Below the pieces are notes generated by a model, which made no database searches, was not told the DNA's origin, and was given only the letters and a program-made list of their open reading frames with translations. This document shows, piece after piece, positions 59,769-64,000 of a DNA stretch of 64,000 nt (position 1 is the stretch's first letter; each line of letters begins with the position of its first letter). Source of the DNA: Bacteroidota bacterium (GTDB lineage Bacteria > Bacteroidota > Bacteroidia > 2-12-FULL-35-15); the NCBI GenBank assembly GCA_025963715.1, contig JAOQAG010000048.1, positions 5,553 through 69,552 on the forward strand, given 5' to 3'. Both the position numbers and the translations under genes were made by a program.

Positions 59769-60803
59769 TCATCCCTTCCTGTTTTCTTTTCTCAAGGCAT
59801 AAATCCGTTCAATAATGTCCACTACTTTCAGGCCTTCCATCGCATTGGTGGTAATGGCTGTTCTGCCTTTGAGCGTATCAATTACATTTTCAATTACCTG
59901 CGGATGATTATTGGCGGAGCCTTTGTAAGCGCCATAATCATTTGCTTCATTGGTAGGTGCCAGATCCGGCAGCGTATAATCTTTAATGTTGCATTGCTCC
60001 ACCTGGTCCATGTATTGTCCGCCTACTTTTACGCTTCCTTTGCTGCCGATGATCGTGAGGCTGCTTTCCAGGTTGCTGTTCCAAACAGCGGTGGAATAAT
60101 TGATGCTTCCCATGCCGCCATTCGCGAAATTGAAATTCACAAATCCACTGTCCTCAAAATCCGTAAGTGCAGCATGGTTAAAATCATTGAATTTTGCCTG
60201 GATGTCTTTCAGATCGCCAAACAGCCAGTACATAATATCAATGAAATGCGAGAATTGTGTAAAAAGTGTTCCGCCATCCAACTCCTGTGTGCCTTTCCAG
60301 CCACCTTTTTTATAATAACGCTCATCGCGGTTCCAATAGCAATTGAGCTGTACCATGTACACATCGCCAATGATCTTATTTTCCACAATGTTTTTTAACC
60401 AGATGGAAGGTGGTGAAAAACGATTTTGCATCACACAAAACACATTTTTATTGACGCGTAATGCTTTAAAAATAACGGCTTCACAATCAGCTTTACTTAA
60501 AGCCATTGGCTTTTCGCATACAATGTGCTTGTTAGCTTCCAGCGCAGCTAAAGAGTGTTGTGCGTGCAATCCGTTAGGCGTACAAATATTGATCACTTCC
60601 ACTTCCGGATGCGCTGTAAGCATCTCTTCCATGGAAGCATAAAAATCCTCTTTCAATTCCGAAAGCCCCAGTTGTTCTTTGGACGCGACATCGCATACTG
60701 CCACTAATTCTGCTTCCGGGTTTCTGCGGATCATTTCTGCATGGCGCTTACCAATGTGGCCTTGCCCGATGACTGCAAATTTTATTTTATTATTTAAGTT
60801 CAA
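59769..60803 (-). CDS. Gfo/Idh/MocA-family oxidoreductase (WbpB-like UDP-sugar 3-dehydrogenase candidate)
   Basis: 'KFAVIGQGHIGKRH' Rossmann motif. Apparent TTG start at 60803 lies inside an 'aaagtt' repeat block. Confidence 0.7.
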   Translation of the reverse strand: MNLNNKIKFAVIGQGHIGKRHAEMIRRNPEAELVAVCDVASKEQLGLSELKEDFYASMEEMLTAHPEVEVINICTPNGLHAQHSLAALEANKHIVCEKPMALSKADCEAVIFKALRVNKNVFCVMQNRFSPPSIWLKNIVENKIIGDVYMVQLNCYWNRDERYYKKGGWKGTQELDGGTLFTQFSHFIDIMYWLFGDLKDIQAKFNDFNHAALTDFEDSGFVNFNFANGGMGSINYSTAVWNSNLESSLTIIGSKGSVKVGGQYMDQVEQCNIKDYTLPDLAPTNEANDYGAYKGSANNHPQVIENVIDTLKGRTAITTNAMEGLKVVDIIERIYALRKENRKG

Positions 60804-60885
60804 AGTTTAAAGTTTAAAAGTTCAAAGTAAGTTCAAAGTAAGTTCAAAGTTTAAAGTTCAAAAGTTTAATTTTGCTGTGTGTAAA
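60795..60885. repeat. Expanded 'aagttcaaagt/aaagtttaaagttcaaaagtttaa' simple-repeat block
   Basis: 'ttaagttcaaagtttaaagtttaaaagttcaaagtaagttcaaagtaagttcaaagtttaaagttcaaaagtttaattttgctgtgtg'. Confidence 0.85.
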
Positions 60886-60988
60886 ACAAAACATTTTACT
60901 GCAAATTCATTTTTGTTTACTTCTTTCTTTTTACTTTTTTTATTTATCTATTGTCTACTGCCAATTGCCAACTGTTATTCCCAATTCC

Positions 60989-61564
60989 TTAATCAATCAA
61001 TTTCGTGATTTTTCCATTTTCCAATTTATACTTTTCCTTACTTTCTTCGCATTCTGCAATTCCGTTTGCATCAAATTTTAAGCGGTGTCCGTATTCGCTG
61101 ATCCAGCCCATTTGTTTCGCCGGATTGCCAACCCATAATGAATAAGGCTGTACGTTTTTTGTAACCACTGCACCAGCGCCAATAAAAGCATATTCGCCAA
61201 TATCATGTCCGCATACAATAGTAGCGTTTGCACCGATGGATGCACCTTTGCCAACATGTGTTTTTGCATATTCGTTTTTGCGGTTGATAGCGCTGCGCGG
61301 GTTGATCACGTTGGTAAATACCATGGATGGCCCCAGGAACACATCATCATCGCAGGTAACGCCGGTATAAATGGAAACATTGTTTTGCACTTTCACATTT
61401 TTTCCCAACACCACTTCCGGCGAGATCACTACGTTTTGTCCGATGTTGCAATTTTCACCCAGCACACAATTAGGCATGATGTGTGAAAAATGCCAGATCT
61501 TAGTGCCTTTGCCGATGGTACAGCCGGGGTCGATGATCGCGGTTTCGTGTGAAAAATATTCCAT
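60989..61564 (-). CDS. Left-handed beta-helix (hexapeptide) acetyltransferase (WbpD-like UDP-sugar N-acetyltransferase candidate)
   Basis: Hexapeptide repeats ('IGKGTKIW', 'LGENCNIGQNVVI', 'IGANATI'). Start at internal Met 'MEYFSHETAII', because the upstream part of the ORF lies in repeat sequence. Confidence 0.7.
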   Translation of the reverse strand: MEYFSHETAIIDPGCTIGKGTKIWHFSHIMPNCVLGENCNIGQNVVISPEVVLGKNVKVQNNVSIYTGVTCDDDVFLGPSMVFTNVINPRSAINRKNEYAKTHVGKGASIGANATIVCGHDIGEYAFIGAGAVVTKNVQPYSLWVGNPAKQMGWISEYGHRLKFDANGIAECEESKEKYKLENGKITKLID

Positions 61565-61681
61565 TTGTGATGTTGCTAATTTTAATAATTTTTCTTTGGT
61601 ACGGATAACAAACAGGAACGAATATTGCGTCCCGATAGCTATCGGGGCTGTGTGGTTACTGTGTTTTATTTGCTGTGTTTT

Positions 61682-61815
61682 ACACACCCCTGGCCCCTCT
61701 CAAGAGGGGAATGCATCCTGCACCAATTTATTATTAGATTATTATTTCTGATTTTCATTTAAAACTAAAATTCCAAAATTAGTAGTATCAAATTCCCCTC
61801 TTGAGAGGGGTTAGG
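61682..61815. repeat. Inverted pair of the 'acacacccctggcccctctcaagagggg' module flanking a 70-bp AT-rich spacer
   Basis: 61682-61713 and its reverse complement at 61784-61815. Confidence 0.8.
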
Positions 61816-61894
61816 GGTGTGTTCTTGTTTCTTTCTGTTACCAATCAATTTTAATAATCCGTCTACTAACAACCAACTACTAACAACTCCAAAC

Positions 61895-62863
61895 TCAAAA
61901 CTGTCTATGTTCCGTTTTATTCAATTCCTCTTTCGATAACGATTTAAAATAATCGTAGGTGATCTTTAATCCTTCTGCACGGCCAACTTTTGGTTCCCAG
62001 CCTAAAATGGCTTTTGCTTTTGTAATGTCCGGTTTGCGTTGTTTGGGATCATCCTGCGGCAAGGGCAATGAAATTAATTTTTGTTTGGTACCGGTTAATT
62101 TGATGATCTCTTCACCAAATTCTTTGATCGTGATCTCGCTTGGATTACCGATGTTCATTGGCTGCACATAATCACTCATCAACAAGCGGTAAATGCCTTC
62201 CACCAAATCATCTACATAACAGAATGAGCGGGTTTGAGAGCCATCGCCGAACATGGTAAGGTCTTCTCCGCGCAACGCCTGGCCAATAAATGCAGGCAGT
62301 ACACGACCGTCATTCAGGCGCATGCGTGGCCCGTATGTGTTAAAGATCCGGATGATGCGGGTTTCCAGTCCGTGGTGTGTATGATATGCCATGGTTATCG
62401 CTTCCATAAAACGTTTTGCTTCATCGTATACACCGCGTGGGCCAACAGTATTTACATTACCCAGGTATTCTTCTGTTTGCGGGTGTACAAGCGGATCGCC
62501 GTACACTTCGGAAGTAGAGGCAACGAGGATGCGCGCTTTTTTTACACGTGCTAATCCTAATAAATTATGCGTTCCAAGCGAGCTTACTTTCAATGTCTGG
62601 ATCGGAATTTTTAAATAATCAATGGGAGATGCAGGCGATGCAAAATGCAGGATATAATCCAGTTCGCCGGGAACGAATACAAATTTGGAAACATCATGAT
62701 GGTAAAATTCAAAATGTTCCAGCTTCATCAAATGCTCAATATTTTTAAGATCGCCCGTAATTAAATTATCCATGCCGATCACGTGGTATCCTTCTTTGAT
62801 AAAACGGTCGCAAAGATGTGAACCTAAAAAACCTGCAGCACCTGTAATTAAAATTCGTTTCAT
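61895..62863 (-). CDS. UDP-glucuronate decarboxylase (UDP-xylose synthase)
   Basis: '[20 protein letters not shown]', 'YDEAKR' catalytic motif, 322 aa. Confidence 0.85.
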   Translation of the reverse strand: MKRILITGAAGFLGSHLCDRFIKEGYHVIGMDNLITGDLKNIEHLMKLEHFEFYHHDVSKFVFVPGELDYILHFASPASPIDYLKIPIQTLKVSSLGTHNLLGLARVKKARILVASTSEVYGDPLVHPQTEEYLGNVNTVGPRGVYDEAKRFMEAITMAYHTHHGLETRIIRIFNTYGPRMRLNDGRVLPAFIGQALRGEDLTMFGDGSQTRSFCYVDDLVEGIYRLLMSDYVQPMNIGNPSEITIKEFGEEIIKLTGTKQKLISLPLPQDDPKQRKPDITKAKAILGWEPKVGRAEGLKITYDYFKSLSKEELNKTEHRQF

Positions 62864-62955
62864 AAAATTTGTTCGTTTGTACGTTGTCGTGTTTATAATC
62901 GATCCATAAAAAAACGTCTTTTACAATGTTGATGAAAGTAAAAGACGCTTCATTT

Positions 62956-64000
62956 TTATTTTACATTTTCCCGGCCGATGCTGTAATACGTGTAACCCAG
63001 TTCTTTCATCTGGTCGATGCCGTATAAATTACGTCCGTCGAAGATCACTTTGTTTTTTAACAACCCGCTTACTTTATCAAAATCCGGAGTGCGGAACAAT
63101 CCCCATTCCGTTGCGATCAGCAAAGCATCGGCATCGCGCAAAGCATCGTATTCATCTTTTGCATACGTGATCGCATTGCCTTTCAGTGCCTGCACATTGT
63201 TCATTGCTTCCGGGTCGTAAGCGGTAACGGTTGCACCTGCCTCGATCAGTTCATCGATCAGGTATAAAGCCGGAGCTTCACGAATATCGTCGGTATCCGG
63301 CTTGAACGCCAATCCCCACAATGCTATTTTTTTGCCTTTTAAATCGTTGTTGAAATGTGCTTTGATGCGTGGAATGATGATGGTTTTTTGTTTGTCGTTC
63401 ACATCCATCACTGCATCTAAAATTTTGAAATCGTATTTTGCTTCGGCCGCTGATTTTGCCAATGCCTGCACATCTTTTGGAAAACAGCTACCGCCGTATC
63501 CAATTCCCGGAAACAGGAAACGCTTGCCAATACGGTCGTCGGAGCCAATACCAATGCGAACGGAATCGACATCAGCACCCAACAGCTCGCACAAATTCGC
63601 GATCTCGTTCATGAAGGTGATCTTGGTCGCTAAAAATGCGTTGGCTGCATATTTGGTAAGCTCCGCGGATTTTTCATCCATAAAAATAATTGGATTTCCC
63701 TGGCGTACATACGGTTTGTACAGCTCTTCCATTGTTTTACGCGCTTTTTCGGATGAGGTACCGATCACAACCCTGTCCGGTTTTAAAAAATCATCCACGG
63801 CAAAACCTTCGCGTAAAAATTCAGGATTGGAAACAATATCAAATTCCACTTTCGCATTTTTTGCTACCGCTTCACGCACTTTGTCGGCTGTTCCAACCGG
63901 TACGGTGCTTTTATCCACAATTACTTTATAATCTTTGATGATCTTTCCCAGGTCGTTTGCAACGCCAAGGATGTAGCTCAGGTCGGCAGATCCGTCCTCA
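62956..64000 (-). CDS. ugd: UDP-glucose 6-dehydrogenase, N-terminally truncated by the window edge
   Basis: 'GGSCFPKD' catalytic Cys motif, UDPG_MGDP_dh C-terminal domain. The frame is open through position 64000. Confidence 0.85.
   Translation of the reverse strand, partial: EDGSADLSYILGVANDLGKIIKDYKVIVDKSTVPVGTADKVREAVAKNAKVEFDIVSNPEFLREGFAVDDFLKPDRVVIGTSSEKARKTMEELYKPYVRQGNPIIFMDEKSAELTKYAANAFLATKITFMNEIANLCELLGADVDSVRIGIGSDDRIGKRFLFPGIGYGGSCFPKDVQALAKSAAEAKYDFKILDAVMDVNDKQKTIIIPRIKAHFNNDLKGKKIALWGLAFKPDTDDIREAPALYLIDELIEAGATVTAYDPEAMNNVQALKGNAITYAKDEYDALRDADALLIATEWGLFRTPDFDKVSGLLKNKVIFDGRNLYGIDQMKELGYTYYSIGRENVK

Overview
This is a 64-kb chromosomal segment at roughly 40% GC from a Bacteroidota bacterium. 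The gene content and repeat style suggest the Chitinophagia/Sphingobacteriia lineage, though that is only a guess. The window holds about 55 protein-coding genes, mostly housekeeping: dnaK, grpE-dnaJ, murA, pfkA, priA, thyA-folA, panB, etfB/etfA, arfB, a flotillin, and an ArfB/RluA pair. I found no rRNA, tRNA or CRISPR. Four things stand out. (1) A putative SiaA/SiaB/SiaC-type partner-switching module lies at the left edge: a PP2C phosphatase sensor, a SiaB-like kinase-like protein and a DUF1987 SiaC-like protein, with no diguanylate cyclase nearby. (2) A full-length gldM (GldM/PorM gliding/T9SS motor subunit) sits alone, without the usual gldK/L/N neighbours. (3) The right end carries a minus-strand polysaccharide nucleotide-sugar locus (ugd, UDP-xylose synthase, WbpB/WbpD-like, UDP-GlcNAc-type dehydrogenase plus 4-epimerase, rfbB, CpsB phosphatase). 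(4) Nearly every intergenic spacer is built from a mosaic of at least a dozen short interspersed repeat families, including MITE-like elements with terminal inverted repeats, 60-bp palindromes, hairpin modules and 100-bp tandem arrays. One such repeat is inserted in-frame inside priA, and others donate stop codons to genes. Also present are a low-GC islet holding a frameshifted gene next to a sigma-54 activator that lacks a DNA-binding domain, and a 1031-aa multidomain ABC protein.
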